This document shows positions 26,078 to 38,879 of a DNA stretch of 64,000 nucleotides, one piece after another (position 1 is the stretch's first letter; every line of letters starts with the position of its first letter). Below the pieces are notes generated by a model. The model was not told the origin of the DNA, did not search any database, and was given only the letters and a program-made list of their open reading frames with translations. This DNA is from Macrostomum lignano (taxonomy: Eukaryota): contig NIVC01000027.1 in NCBI GenBank assembly GCA_002269645.1, forward strand, positions 806,001 through 870,000. The letters run 5' to 3'. The position numbers and the translations under genes are program-made.

Positions 26078-26979
26078 ATGACGGACAGTGCCAGCAACAA
26101 TTCCGCTCCTACGCCAACACCTACAACCACGCAAGCCGCACCAAGTTCAGCCGCACCAGTGGTTACAACTGCAGTAGGAAACGCCGCCGATACTGCTACC
26201 GTCTCCCTGGCTCACCTGAAGCTGCCAACCTTCTATCGCAACAACCCGGAAGCATGGTTCCTCACCCTGGAGGCCCAGTTTATGCTCAACAGGGTGACCA
26301 ACGAGACTGCCAAATTTTACCACCTAGTCTCTCATCTACCGGAGGATATTGCGGCCCTGCACTTGTCCGCTCAGACTCCGAAACAGTACGAACAACTGAA
26401 AACAGCGATAACATCAACTCTGCAGAAGTCCAAGCAGGAGAAGGTTTCGGAAGTATTGCACTCGGAGGAGACAAGCCATCGATTTTCATGCGCAAGCTCC
26501 GGAGCAAGATGGAGCAGTGCCAGATACAGCCCGATGAGGAACTCCTCAAGGCCACACTGATGCGCTGTCTTCCACAGGACCTTCGTATCGCACTTTCGGG
26601 ATTCCAACAGCAGTCATCCCAGCAAATTTCCGAGATTGCTGACTCGATGTTGGTCGTCAGAGGCCTTAGCTCTCCATCACCAGCGACAGTTTGCCCAATT
26701 CAGCAGACCAGTGCAGACCGGGCACACCAAAAGCACTTTGAGCAAGCTCCACAGCGACAAGCACCTGCTGGTAAGCCCACTGGAACAGACCCATTTAAGC
26801 CTGGCCAACGCCCCGTCGTTTGCCGCTCACACCTCTACTATGGCCGCCGTGCTCGGTCGTGTCGCCCCTGGTGCCAGTTTCCCAAGGACAGCTCGCGTCC
26901 GATCCGAGTGCTGCATCCCAATGAAAAAACTCCATCTCAGTCGCGTTCATCATCACCTTCTCGACAGCCGGAAAACTAA
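26078..26979 (+). pseudogene. gag: Gypsy B gag (frameshift near 26470)
   Basis: LKLPTFYRNNPEAWFLTLEAQF...TAKFYHLVSHLP, GGDKPSIFMRKL, C-terminal CRSHLYYGRRARSC..WC. Confidence 0.88.
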
Positions 26980-29900
26980 GTCGCACTGCGACCGAGGTCG
27001 CGGTGCGCAGTGCCGAGATTCCATCGACCACCTGTTTGGAGTTAGACGTTAAAATCAACAATACCTACAGCAAGTTTCTTGTGGATACCGGAGCCTCGGT
27101 TTTCATTGTTCCACCTCACCTCGTTAACGCACTCGTTCAAGATACGAACGTTCGTTTAATTACTGCTACCAGAGCCGCCATACCAGTTCGCGGGTCGGTC
27201 CTACTGGATATCTCAATCCGCGGTTTGCGTCGCGCCTTCCAGTGGACCTTTCTCGTGGCCTCGGTGGTAAAACCCATCATCGGTTACGACTTCTTGGCTC
27301 ACCATGGGTTAGTTGTCGACTGTCAGCGCAAACACGTTCGAGACTCAGAAACAGGACTGTCTACTGTTACCTTGTCAATTTCAAATGTTCATTGTGGCCC
27401 GTTAACTGTGTCGCTAGAACTGCCACCCAACCTGGATTCTCGGACGAGTACGCTGTTGACAAAGTTTGCAGATTGTTTTTCTTTCGTTGAAGGCGCAATC
27501 CTTCCGCCAGCTTTAGAGGTAAAGCACGACACTGTTCACCGACTAGACACTGGCAGTGGACAACCGGTTCACTTGCGACCCCGGCAACTGCACCCTGCAA
27601 AACTACAAGCTGCAAAGCAGGAGTTTCAGCAGCTAATCGATGCTGGCTACCTCAGACCTTCCTCAAGCGCTTGGGCGTCACCCCTCCACATGGCACCCAA
27701 GGGAGCTGGCTGGCGTCCGTGCGGTGACTATCGTGAATTGAACAAACGAACAAAGCCGGACAACTATCTGGTTTTACATATTCAAACCTTCACTCGGTAC
27801 CTACACGGAAGCACTGTGTTTTCAAAGTTAGACCTTGTTCGTGCCTTTCATCAAATTCCAGTCGCCGAAGAGGATATTTGCAAAACCGCCATCACTACAC
27901 CGTTTGGATTGTTCGAGTACACACGCATGCCCTTTGGTTTGAGGAATGCAGCACAAACATTTCAACGCTTCATCGACTCTGTTTTTCACGGACTGCCATT
28001 CGTCATCTCTTACATCGATGATGTCCTGATATTCTCAAAGACTCGAGAGGACCACTACTCACATTTGGAAGAAGTTTTGAACCGCCTAAGAACACACGGC
28101 CTGCAGGTTCATTTGAAGAAGTGCGAGTTCTTTCAGTCCGAGGTAGATTTCCTTGGCCATCGCGTGACTCCTGAAGGAATAAGACCTCTTCAGAAAAAGA
28201 TCCAAATAATCACTGACTGGCCGACACCCACGGATTCGAATGCACTTCGGCGCTTCCTCGGCGTCGTCGGTTTCTACCGCCGATTCGTTCCCAACTTCGC
28301 TGAACGCATCTGTCCGCTGCAAGACCTACTCACTGCATCACTACAGTCAGCAGGAAACTTTCAATGGACAGAGCAGCATCAGAAATCTTTCGAAAACATC
28401 AAACAAGCTCTCTCAGAGAGAGACTACTGCTGCATCATTCGAACCCAAGCTGTAATGCGTACCACCTGTACACTGATGCCTCAGCCGACTGTGTTGGTGC
28501 CGTTCTGCATCAAACCTCTTCAACCGGAACGTCACCTCTTGGCATGTTCAGCAAGAAGTTGTCGTCATCTCAAAGGACGTACAGCACGTTCGACAGAGAA
28601 CTACTCGCGGCGTACCTGGCAGTGTTGCACTTCCGCAGCCTCATTGAAGGACTGAGCGTGACCTTGTTCACCGATCATAAACCACTAGCTCAGGCCTTCC
28701 ACGCCAATCGCACCACTACATCAGATCGCAATCAGCGCTACTTGACCGTCTTGTCCGAGTACGTGGCAGATGTCCAATACATTCGCGGTGCAGACAACGT
28801 AATAGCTGATGCCCTTTCTCGACTGCCTGACTTCCCAGTGAATGATCACGTGTCCAACATAGCAACAGTCGCTGTAGTCGCTGCCCCATCAAGCCAATTC
28901 CCTGTTGATTTGCCCAGTATCGCTGAAGCACAACGACCGGAGTCGTTCTCACCTGCACCAAATATTCGATCGTATTCTCTGGACAAAGACGTCGTCGTTT
29001 GGTGTGAGACGTCAACGCCGTATCTTCGTCTGATCATTCCGCCGTCTCTCCGCGACGCCGTGATTGCTTCCTTCTATCGACTTGGTCATTTCGGCTACCG
29101 TAAAACAGCAAAACTCATCACAGAACGCTACTTTTGGCCCGGAATGCGCAAGTCCATCAAGACCTACTGCTGGAACTGCCAGGACTGCCAACGGAGTAAA
29201 GTCACTCGCCACACTGTCTCCCCGCAACAGGCCTTCGCACTACCATCAAATCGCTTTGAGGCGGTACACATCGATATTGTGGGACCACTTCCACCAGCTA
29301 ATGCCACCACCTTTGGCCACCAGTCTGCCCGCTACCTTCTCACGATGGTCGACCGCTCGACTGGCTGGCTAGAAGCTACTCCACTGGAATCAATAACCAC
29401 GGAAGTAGTCGCCCATGCATTCGTCTCGTCCTGGGTCTCGCGCTACGGAGTGCCACTGTATGTAATCTCTGATTGGGGACGCCAGTTCGAATCAGAATTC
29501 TTTCACTCGGTCTCGTCATCAATTGGTTTTCATCGATTACGCACAACGGCCTACCACCCTCAAACCAATGGCAAGGTCGAGCGAGCCCATCGCACCCTGA
29601 AGACGATGCTACGTGCTCGAGGCAATGACTGGCTGACAGACCTACCTGGTAGCTCTTCTCGCGATGCACGTTGCACCTGACGACCAAGGAGTATCACCGT
29701 TCACCAGGGTTACAGGAGAGCTTCCGATGGTTCCGCGCGTTCTAACTTCCGAACCACTCGCCCCAACGGACATCCGGACACGGCTGCAGGAACTGCTGAC
29801 AGAGTTACCGAGTCCACACGCGAAGACGCACGAACCACGGAGCTACGTACCCAATGACCTGGAAATGGCTGAATTCGTCTGGGTTCGGGTCGATCGCGTG

Positions 29901-30185
29901 CGGTCGCCGCTCGAGGCGCCGTACTCAGGACCGTATCGCGTTAAACAGCGAGCCGACAAGTTCTTCGTTATTTTCCTACCGTCAGGCGACACCGAATCTG
30001 TCTCTATCGATCGCCTCAAGCCGGCGCGACTGTCGTCTCCAAAGCATGCTGTTAAGCCGGCCGCGAACTCGCTGCCGGAAAAAGCAGCCAAACCAGAGGA
30101 AACGGTAGACTCATCACCTCCTAGAGCGACCTCTAGCGGGCGCCGAGTCCAATTCCGACGCCATAATGATTACATTTATTATTAA
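26980..30185 (+). pseudogene. pol: Gypsy B pol: protease-RT-RNase H-integrase (frameshifts near 28420 and 29660)
   Basis: FLVDTGAS; [11 protein letters not shown]; YIDD; LYTDAS..ELLAAY..DHKPL; HHCC; DIVGP; HPQTNGKVERAH; SGPYRV (GPY/F). Confidence 0.95.
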
Positions 30186-31025
30186 CCTTCTAATATATAA
30201 TGTTTACTGACTATTCTTCTCACTGTTCTCAGTATTTCTAAATATTCGACCTCTCGTAAACCATTTTTTTATTGCATTCCCACCCACTTCGTTTTGATCG
30301 TTGAGCCATCCCACCATCTTTGACTTCAGTTACGGTCTCTTTTCTTCGTGCTCCGCATTTGGAGGGGGGAGTCATATAGATATTTTGTTATACTTTTATT
30401 TGCGGCTCGGTTTGCCATGATTTTACCATAGATTAATTTCCTTTTACAGTTCTTTCTCGCAGTTAAGTTTCTCGCCCCAATCCTTTCATCTTTTAACTCA
30501 TAAAATATATTTTTCAAGTTTACTTGTAGTTTCAGTACAAGTTCCTTTTCATCGTAGTATTTTAGTATGTCCTTTTCGAAAATGATTGGGATCTTTTTAA
30601 ATGGAAATTTATTTTTTGTTAAACCGTGAAAGCAAAAGTTCTCTTGCTCTTTTATCGATGTACGAGTACTTCCTCTCTAGCATTTTGTCTAGGTTGTGAA
30701 CAAACTATTTTCTATTCTCATCCTTTTGCCGGTCTTTGCTGCGCCAAGGAGAACAGCTAACCGCTTGTAAGCATCTGGCAAGCCATCACCTGTTGGTGAT
30801 TTAAAAGACAGATCGGAAGATGAAGTCCCTGGAGACGATTGTCGGGGTGTAAATACTCTATCACTGATTCGCTTAATAGATTGGATAGATTTGTTGCAAA
30901 CGCTGCCACTCATCTGGGTGCTGGTTTCTGTACTGGGCAATCTTATTTGGTTCTACTTCGCTTCTATTACTTCTTCGGTTGTAAGTTGCTTTTGAGTTTG
31001 AGTTTGAGTTTGAGGAGTTTGAGCT

Positions 31026-31825
31026 GTAGCCGCTTGGGATCGGGTTTGTGATATAGCCGCTTGGGATCGGGTTTGAGATATAGCCATGGATGAATGAATA
31101 GAATGGATTGCTATTCTGGCTCTGGCTATTTTCGTTTTTGACTCTTTTGAATCCGGTTCCCCCCGTGCCTTTTCATTGGTTGATGATTGCCATAGACAAT
31201 TTTCGGCCTTCGCCCCTTTCTTTCGATGCACAAGTGCAAAGAACTGATTTTATTGTAGACGAATCGACTCTCGAATCGTGCTTGTAGGTCTTCCCCCTTT
31301 ATTTCAAAACACGAGCGAAAGCGCTTGTGCATCGAAAGAAAGGGGCGAAGGCCGAAAATTGTCTATGGCAATCATCAACCAATGAAAAGGCACGGGGGGG
31401 AACCGGATGCAAAAGAGTCAAAAACGAAAATAGCCAGAGCCAGAATAGCAATCCATTCTATTCATTCACCCATGGATATAGCCGCTTGGGATCGGGTTTG
31501 AGATATTGCCGCTTGGGATCGGGTTTGAGATATAGCCGATTGGGATCGGGTTTGAGATATAGCCGCTTGGGATCGGGTTTGAGATATAGCCGCTTGGGAT
31601 CGGGTTTGAGATATAGCCGCTTGGGATCGGGTTTGAGATGTAGCCGCTTGGGATCGGGTTTGAGATATAGCCGCTTGGGATCGGGTTTGAGATGTAGCCG
31701 CTTGGGATCGGGTTTGAGATATAGCCGCTTGGGATCGGGTTTGAGATATAGCCGCTTGGGATCGGGTTTGAGATATAGCCGCTTGGGATCGGGTTTGAGA
31801 TGTAGCCCCTTGGCATCGGGTTTGA
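31026..31825. repeat. 27-bp tandem repeat GATATAGCCGCTTGGGATCGGGTTTGA (~15 copies, split by the MITE)
   Basis: Direct reading; in frame with the Polinton ORF as SQTRSQAAI units. Confidence 0.95.
31085..31474. mobile_element. MITE with ~150-bp TIRs (CATGGATGAATGAATAG...), 8-bp TSD GATATAGC; P-like or hAT-like
   Basis: 31085-31233 is the reverse complement of ~31325-31474; TSD at 31077-31084 and 31475-31482. Confidence 0.88.
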
Positions 31826-32219
31826 GGAGCCCTATTTATAACCTCTTCTTGATCCGGCAAATTAAACCATTGTTTAAAGTGTTTAGATTTTCTAAACGTG
31901 TTCAAGAATATTCCGTTTTCATGTAAAAAGAATCGAATTTCCGGGTTCTTGAGGATGTCTATATCTCTCTCTAAAGCGAAGGTAACCAGATCTCTATAAT
32001 TCTTTAACTGCTTCTCGGATATTTTTTTCTGATTTTTGGTCATGTAGTCAAGTAAACTTTGAGTGAAGGGGATTCGTTTAGAATTTTGACCTTTTGTGAC
32101 GTTGTCAGTTTAAGGTGGTCCCAAAAAGGGCCGTTGGACTGCTGTTTCTCTATAGTTTCAACCCTTCAGTTTCACCGTTTCAACTAAACTTTTCCATTTG
32201 TTTATTGCGACGTTTACTT

Positions 32220-32848
32220 GTAGTAGTGCCCAACGATTTTGTGGCAATTTCTAATTCACTGTATATTTTACTATCCTCTCTCGCGACCGTATAAAATTGG
32301 CACGATCGATAATTTCAAGTTCTCTCGCCAGCCAATGAAAACTCTCCGTGTTTGCGCTACCCCCTTTTCGCTCTTTATTAGCCCCCCCGTCTGGCGGCGG
32401 GCTGGTTTTTCACTTTCCTTCGTTCTGTGCTTGTCTGTTCTTCGCGGCTCTTGTTTTCCTTCTCCTGCCTTCTGTCTGCCGCCTTATCTCTCGCCACGGC
32501 TCCGCTGTCTGGGCCAGCCTGTTTACACTGCCACTGTCTGCCACGGCTAACGCCAATCTCACCACTACGCATCTGCCTCTTCTGTGCTCATCGCCGCTAC
32601 TCACCACGTTGCATCGCCCTGCATCAATCGCCTACCACTCGACTACAATTTCTAATTCACCTTCAATTCAAAACCATTGTTGCAGCCGCCAGTGCCCCAA
32701 AAGTACAATAAGTTCTGTATTAACGTTAACCAAATTTGAATATTGATTTAAACAATAAACAACTACGACAGTTACCTGCCTTGTATGCCAAGTGCTCCGC
32801 TACACAATCCGCTTCTCAAGACTTGACTCGATTCATTTTGGGACTACG
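32220..32848 (+). mobile_element. Probable solo LTR (degraded TGTAGT...ACTAC ends), candidate TSD ACTT
   Basis: ACTT on both flanks; TATAAAA near 32290 and AATAAA near 32753; interrupts the Polinton ORF; ends imperfect. Confidence 0.45.
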
Positions 32849-33072
32849 ACTTACGGCAACTCTCGTAAAACGGCCCTTCTAAGGGTCATAGCCTCAACAC
32901 CAATAATCGTGACACCTTTGATAACTGATATCCTTTGTGTTGTGACTTCTAGGTGACAGTCCGCTGGTTGATTAGTGATTTGTTCTCGCCATTTGCTAAT
33001 TCCAAAGACGTATTTAAACCCGCCGGCTGCTTGCTCCCCTACTGGACCAAAAAAGTTATCAGTCACTTTTAG

Positions 33073-33134
33073 TTGTTGAGGTTGTTGAGGTTGCTGAGGT
33101 TGCTGAGGTTGCTGAGGTTGCTGAGGTTGCTGTG
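33073..33134. repeat. 9-bp repeat (CTGAGGTTG)n encoding PQQ on the minus strand
   Basis: Direct reading. Confidence 0.9.
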
Positions 33135-33432
33135 GGGTTGTGACAGTTGGAATGTTAGACAAAACATTTTGCAGCTGACTCTCTTGAATATCACCTATAG
33201 TTTCCTTTACTGTGTCAATGTTTTTCTTTGCTTCTGTGTATCCAGGTTTGTGAAACTCGGTGGCTGCTTGAATAAACTCATTGTACGACTGCTGCTCTTT
33301 GTTGATTAAGTATTAAGTTAGTGACTCGTTTCTCCGCTTGTGCTAGCTTATCCAGTTCAGTGATATGATTAAAAATTTCTGTTTCATTTTAAATATATAT
33401 TTTTATTTTCATCTAAAATATTTGCTAAAAAA

Positions 33433-34170
33433 ATAAACGATCCTCTGACACCAGTTTTCTACAAGATTAACAAACCAATTTTAAGCGATTACAGCACCAT
33501 CAAAGCGTCACAAGTTAGATTTCTTAGTCATGAGAACCAGAATGAAACTAATCTAGGTCCAGGTCAAACGCTGACTTTCACATACAATGGTTGCTCGTCA
33601 TTGGTCAATGTCCACAGTCTAAGAAGTGGATTCTACATGACTTTCCAATTCAAGACAAAAGGTGGAGACGATGCTGCTCATGCCAATGACGATAAGCATA
33701 ATGCAAATGTGGCATTAATCAGTAACTTCTGGGCGTACATGTTCAAAGAGTTTAGCGTGAACGAATGGAAGCACAAATTTGGAGAGAATAGCCAACTTTG
33801 GCATTGTTTATGACACGCAGTGTTTGATTGAGAACCCGGATTTCATCCAGTTGGGAAGTGGAGCTGGCTTTATTCCCAATGAGCACAAAGGGATGTGGAT
33901 GATCCTGGTTACAAAAAGAGAAAGGAGAGATACAACTATGCTCTTGCGGGTGCAACCGAGGCTGTTAAGAATTCACTGCATAGGGCTGTAGATATTTTTG
34001 CACCTTTGAGGTTTATGAGTGGCTTCTGTAATACGCTCGTAGTTTCAATCGGTTGACAAGCAACTTTAGCTACACATTTAGGTTGACTAGAGATGATCGA
34101 GATCGAGGACTTTGGACTAGAGCTAACCAGATGGAGGTAAAATTAGCTGGTGTGGAGTTGTATATTGAAA
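33433..34170 (+). pseudogene. Polinton/adintovirus major capsid protein, N-terminal remnant
   Basis: KPILSDYSTIK...TLTFTYNG...NFWAYMF...VDIFAPLRFMSGF...FRLTRDD pattern recalled from Polinton MCP; several frameshifts; lies upstream of the C-terminal part and penton. Confidence 0.6.
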
Positions 34171-34585
34171 CCTGTAATAACTTTGAAGGCAAAGGCTGGC
34201 TTGTTGCACGAATTAGTTTGCTCTGCTGAACTGAGGATTGCAGACACATACCGGAAAAGAAGTGCCCTTCCCAAGCAGAGTGGGAGGCACCCACAGACCA
34301 AGAAGTATCTAGACTGCGCAAGCCCCATTCCCTGCCTTGGCGTGTTTTTTTTGACAAAAACGCTGTGGAAAAAATGGTCCCTTGCTCCTGCCAAAAAAAA
34401 TCGATAATATGTGAAGGTGAAGGGGAACAGGATAGTGGGTACAGAGCATTTTACTGGTCATTATGGTTTCTAACCCACCTTTTATATGCGTTCAAATAAG
34501 CCATTCTCTCAGTGCTAAAACAACACAAAATTTACCTACCTACTAGAATCAAACCGATTTAATTCAAGCAACTTTGTATCAAGCG

Positions 34586-37500
34586 ATGGAAGAAGTTAAT
34601 TCCTCCAAGCCGTCGAAGACTCGAAAATGTGGCAGCTATTGCAGTGCTTTTGGTTGCACGAATAGCGCAGCTTCAACTTCCGGAGTCTCCTTCCATTCCT
34701 TTCCCAAGGACGATCAGACGAAGAAGAAGTGGGTCGCAGCACTGAGGCGAAAATACTTCAAACCGTCAAAAAGTTCAAAAGTCTGCTCAGAACACTTTTC
34801 TGAGTCTTGTTTCAAGGAGCAGTTTGAAGGCTTCTTGCCCAACGCCAGAAGAAGACTGTATCCGCACGCTGTTCCTTCAATCTTTCCTGCGTTTCCGGAA
34901 CATCTGCAGCCAGCTGAGAAGAAGAGAAAGACAATCACAGCAGCCGCGGCCGCTCGAGAACTTGATTTTGAAATATTTCAGGCGCCTCAAGTAGGCAGCG
35001 AGACGAAATCTGATTTGGAAGCCATTACTAACAATGACGATCTTCCTCAGCCAGACCTTCATGCCAACTGTGTAAGCAGGGAAGATTTCAATACGAAGGT
35101 AAGAGCTTTGAAAAATCTGAGGCGCAGGTACAATAGGCTTCTAGCGGCTCATGCCAAGTCCAAGAAAGGTGCGAAAGCTATTGAAATCTTACAGCGTTCT
35201 CTTCGAAACAAGTACCGCAAAATTCGATCATTGCGCTCAAAGCATAGGCAAATTAAGCGAAGAGCGAGAACCCTGAAGGAGGCAATCGGAGAGTTGAGGA
35301 AAAAGAGCATTCTGAATGAAGCGGCTGCGTCGCGCCTGAATTTTTTGACCTCGAATTCTTTGATTAGCAGCATTTTGCCTCAAAGCAATAAGCGGACAAG
35401 AAAGTTTCCTACTGAAGTGCGAAAATTCGCGTCCACCTTGCACTTCTACAGCCCCAAAGCCTATGAATATGTCAGAAAGTATTTTCAGCTTCCGCACCCT
35501 GCGTCTCTTCGTAGATGGATTTCAAACGCTAAATGCTTTCCTGGATTTTGTGATCAGGCTTTCCAAGAACTTTCTCATCGACGCAGCTCCGACGACGGCA
35601 CTGCCTTTGACTACTGCAATGTAGTGGCCGATGAGATGTCATTGGAATCAATGATTGAATGGAATTCGAATGAAAGCATGTTCTTCGGCTATGTTGACAA
35701 AGGAGATGGCAAGGCAAGTGATCAGGAGGCGACGTCGGCGTTGGTAGTGATGGCTGTGGGTCTGAAGAACTATTGGAAGTTGCCATTGGGTTATTTTCTA
35801 GTAAATGGTGTGGATGGTGAATTTTTGTCTAGTGTTGTAGAAGAATCAATTCAGAGGCTTTATCAGGTTGGCGTTCTCGCCACATCGTTCACATGCGATG
35901 GAACGCAGCACAACATTCGAGCTATTGAACTTCTTGGGGCTAAAATTAGTTCTCCGGACTCAATTGTCGCCACGTTCCCTCATCCTTGTGACCCAAGCAT
36001 TCAGGTTTCTGCCTTCCTCGATCCGCCTCATATGTTGAAGCTGATTCGCAATCAGTGGCAATCAATGGGCACGATAGTTTGGCCAAATAGGGGGAATATT
36101 GATAGGAAATGTTGCAGCAAGTTCAGGAGAGTCAAGGGCTCAAAATGGGAAATAAACTAAGCAGGCATCACATTAACTTTGCCAATTTAAAGATGAAGGT
36201 CCATTTGGCATCCCAGCTTTTTAGTAAGTCAGTTGCTGACTCCCTGCGGTGGGTACATCAGCAGGCTTTGGCCGGATTCGAGCACCATGATGTACTTGTG
36301 ACGGCAGATTTTATTGAGTGTAACAGCCCTAGCTCGTGCCTACGTAATTTACGCGCATTATTTTTCCTATATTCTTATTCAGTCTATACAATTATTTCCA
36401 TAAATTCAATTACTTTGCATTGAGCACTATTTTTATATATATTCATGTCTGTAGTGCTAAAACCGAAATATTATTGTTATAATGCATACGCCATGATGGC
36501 AAAAAATTACTATAAAAGCGAGCTAAAATATACGGTAGAAAATCATCCTTCGATCCTTCCTTCCGATGGGCTTGGTATATGCAAGCTTCTTCCCTGTTCT
36601 CGAGCACTAGATGAACAGTTGTGCTAAAAATAGAACTTAGATTCGTCAGCTTTCCTTCCTTTTCTTAGAGAAGCGTACGATAAAGGCGTACAGCCACTCC
36701 CTTCCCCTCGAGCGCTCCCCAGAGCGATCCAAACCCACTCAAACCCCCCCCCCCTTTCTCGGACGTACAATAGTCCCAAGAAACCCTTCCCGCGCTTCCC
36801 CAGACATAGTGATTGCCAAGCCGTCCCGGCTAATTTTCCCTTAATATTAGACTCCTAATTCCGCCACGTAATTCCCAATGAAGCAACCTGCCCTCCCTGC
36901 CAGCATTCCCTATTAAGCACTAGAATTCCCCACTAGCGCGCCAGGCAACTCTAATCCACCGCGAAGCCCTTTAACCCCCCATCCATATCCCCCGGACTGA
37001 GAAGAAACTTGTGTCTTGCCGCTCGGACACACCACGCCACCAGGAGCAACCTACGGCTTACTCCTGTTAGTAGTATAAATTGCGCAGTTCTCCCCCGAAT
37101 CCGAAGACATTCCCAAGAAATCCCCAATAAGCCCCGACCCCTACAACAAATTGGTAGCAGCGTTGTCTACCCTACGACAAATTGGTGTCAGCAACAAGGA
37201 AACCACTTCCCTCCCCCAAGACCCCTGTAGCATGAGCACATGAATTACTTGTTCGACGCCTTTAACTCCAAGCGACTAGTAAATTACGGGGCCAAAATGG
37301 CTCTAAGAGCTGACAACCAGTCGGACTCTATTGACTTCTTTTCTGACTCGATTAAGCTTCTCGGAAGTCTTGAAAATCTGTCTGGACGCAAAATTGTTGA
37401 AACTGCAAAGAAAACAGGTTTTCTCGGCTTCATGGTGAATTGTGAGGCTGTTATGGCCCTTGCCAAGTATTTGCTTTCAAGTTGTGCTTTTTTCTTTCTT

Positions 37501-38200
37501 TGCACTTACAAGTTGTCGCAGGATTTTCTTGAGTTATTTTTTAACGCCGTCAGACTTCGAAATGGCTGGAATCACAATCCGACTCCGAGACAGTTTCGCC
37601 CAGCCTTTAGACAGTTACTAGTGCACGCTGGAGGTGGAATTCTCCAATCGACTAGTCCCAATGTTAAGCAACAGGATGCCACTATTCAGTTGTCATTATC
37701 TTGTCTGCCTTCGTCACAATCAAGAGGCAGGAAAACCTTAATGGAAGCAGATAAGTGCTCAGAACAGTTTGGGTTTAAGCCTTAATTCCATTCAACATTG
37801 TGTGAATGCATCAAAATGCGAAGTATGCCAGTCGATTGTGTATTACATTGCAGGCGCAGTGGTCCGTAGTATGCTTAAATTAATTGAATGCGCCCCGTGC
37901 AGATCAGCACTCATTTCCAGCACTGAAATGTCAGCGGCTGCACGGTTGCCCTGCTCTCTTGTCACCATGAAAAATGTGCTGAATAAAGAAGGGACTGGGG
38001 GGTTGATTTTTCCAAGCAACAATGTCTTGCAAGTTTTGCTTCATGCCGAAACAATCATTCGACGTTCAAACTATAACAGCGGATTTTCTAGCGATGTGGC
38101 TGTCCAGGATTGCGCATGTCAGTTGATGCATTTCCCGAACTTGACTTGCATTCCGCGGCTGCCAGCATTGGCATTGAATCCCACAAATTTCATTTGATTC
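34586..38200 (+). pseudogene. THAP-domain P-element transposase, disrupted
   Basis: THAP (CSAFGC..W..VCSEHF..AVPSIF); TLHFYSPKAYEYVR; DEM; TCDG; DPPHMLKLIRN; KMKVHLASQLFS; LSQDFLELFF; frameshift ~36110 and solo-LTR insertion. Confidence 0.93.
36319..37232. mobile_element. Solo LTR (914 bp, TGTAACA...TGTAGCA), 4-bp TSD TGAG, inside the transposase
   Basis: TG...CA ends; TGAG at 36315-36318 and 37233-37236; removal restores ADFIE|HMNYLFDAFNS in frame. Confidence 0.85.
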
Positions 38201-38879
38201 GCATCATGGCGCTGCTCTACATGCGGGTTTGAATGAAGGTGGCGAAAGACCTTTCATGTCTCAGAAGAAAATCAGGAAAGAGACAAAAGCTTCTACGAAC
38301 AGCGGTATTTCTTAATCTGTAGTTTAGCCTATTCTAGTGGATACCTGGTAAGTTGAACTCATTATTTTGATTCTGCAAGTTTGTATACAGGCAAGCTTTA
38401 ATTAAATTAAAATAGTATTTAGAAAGAATCTCCTGAAAAATACTTATAAACGAGTCTAAAAAGCTATGATAATATTTTTGTTGTTGTTGTGCCCTGTAGG
38501 AACCGAAAAGCAAACGAGTGGGAGTGGTTTAGGAAGGGAAATTTATTACCCACTATCGACCGCGGAGAGGGGTTTGCTGGGTGCCATTTTTATAACTGGG
38601 AAAGAGGCACACTTTTTTTACTCTCCATGCGCAGTCTAGTCTTACTTATTGGTCTGTGGAAGCACCTATAAGGAAGTATATTTGGGGTGGGTACGCCCCG
38701 AGCTTCGCAGAGGGAAGGCATGATTGGGACGCCCATAGACAGTGGAGAGATACGGACAATGGGTGAGTCACACGCAGACGGACGGACAGACAGAGAGAGA
38801 TGTTGGAACCAGACAGACACGCAGTGATTCAGTCAAGGGGAAGGTGCATACGCAAAACACTAAGAGTTCATAATGTCCG

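Larger units (their letters stand above)
25836..30539 (+). mobile_element. Gypsy B LTR retrotransposon (CsRN1-like), near complete, 4-bp TSD AGTT
   Basis: LTRs 25836-26007 and 30375-30539 (1 substitution + one 7-bp indel); TGGTCC PBS-like at 26011; PPT GGAGGGGGGAG at 30361; AGTT on both flanks. Confidence 0.95.
25630..33330 (-). pseudogene. Large uncharacterised Polinton ORF, fragmented by Gypsy B, a MITE and a solo LTR
   Basis: Removing Gypsy B restores KYYDEK|ELNLMKRGSG in frame; RLAVLLGAAKTG and GxGL motifs resemble Polinton core ORFs; contains PQQ and SQTRSQAAI repeats; upstream boundary approximate. Confidence 0.55.
34292..38658 (+). mobile_element. P-superfamily (THAP9-like) DNA transposon, 4367 bp, TIRs CACAGACCAA.AAGTA..CTAGACTGCGCA, 8-bp TSD GAGGCACC/GAAGCACC
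   Basis: TIRs at 34292-34320 and 38628-38658; TSD 7/8 identical; transposase inside. Confidence 0.93.

Noticed and set aside
32221-32230. AGTAGT at ~32222 and ACTACT at ~40477 as Polinton termini
   Set aside because: No inverted-repeat similarity beyond 6 bp; viral genes continue on both sides of 32222, which fits a solo LTR edge better
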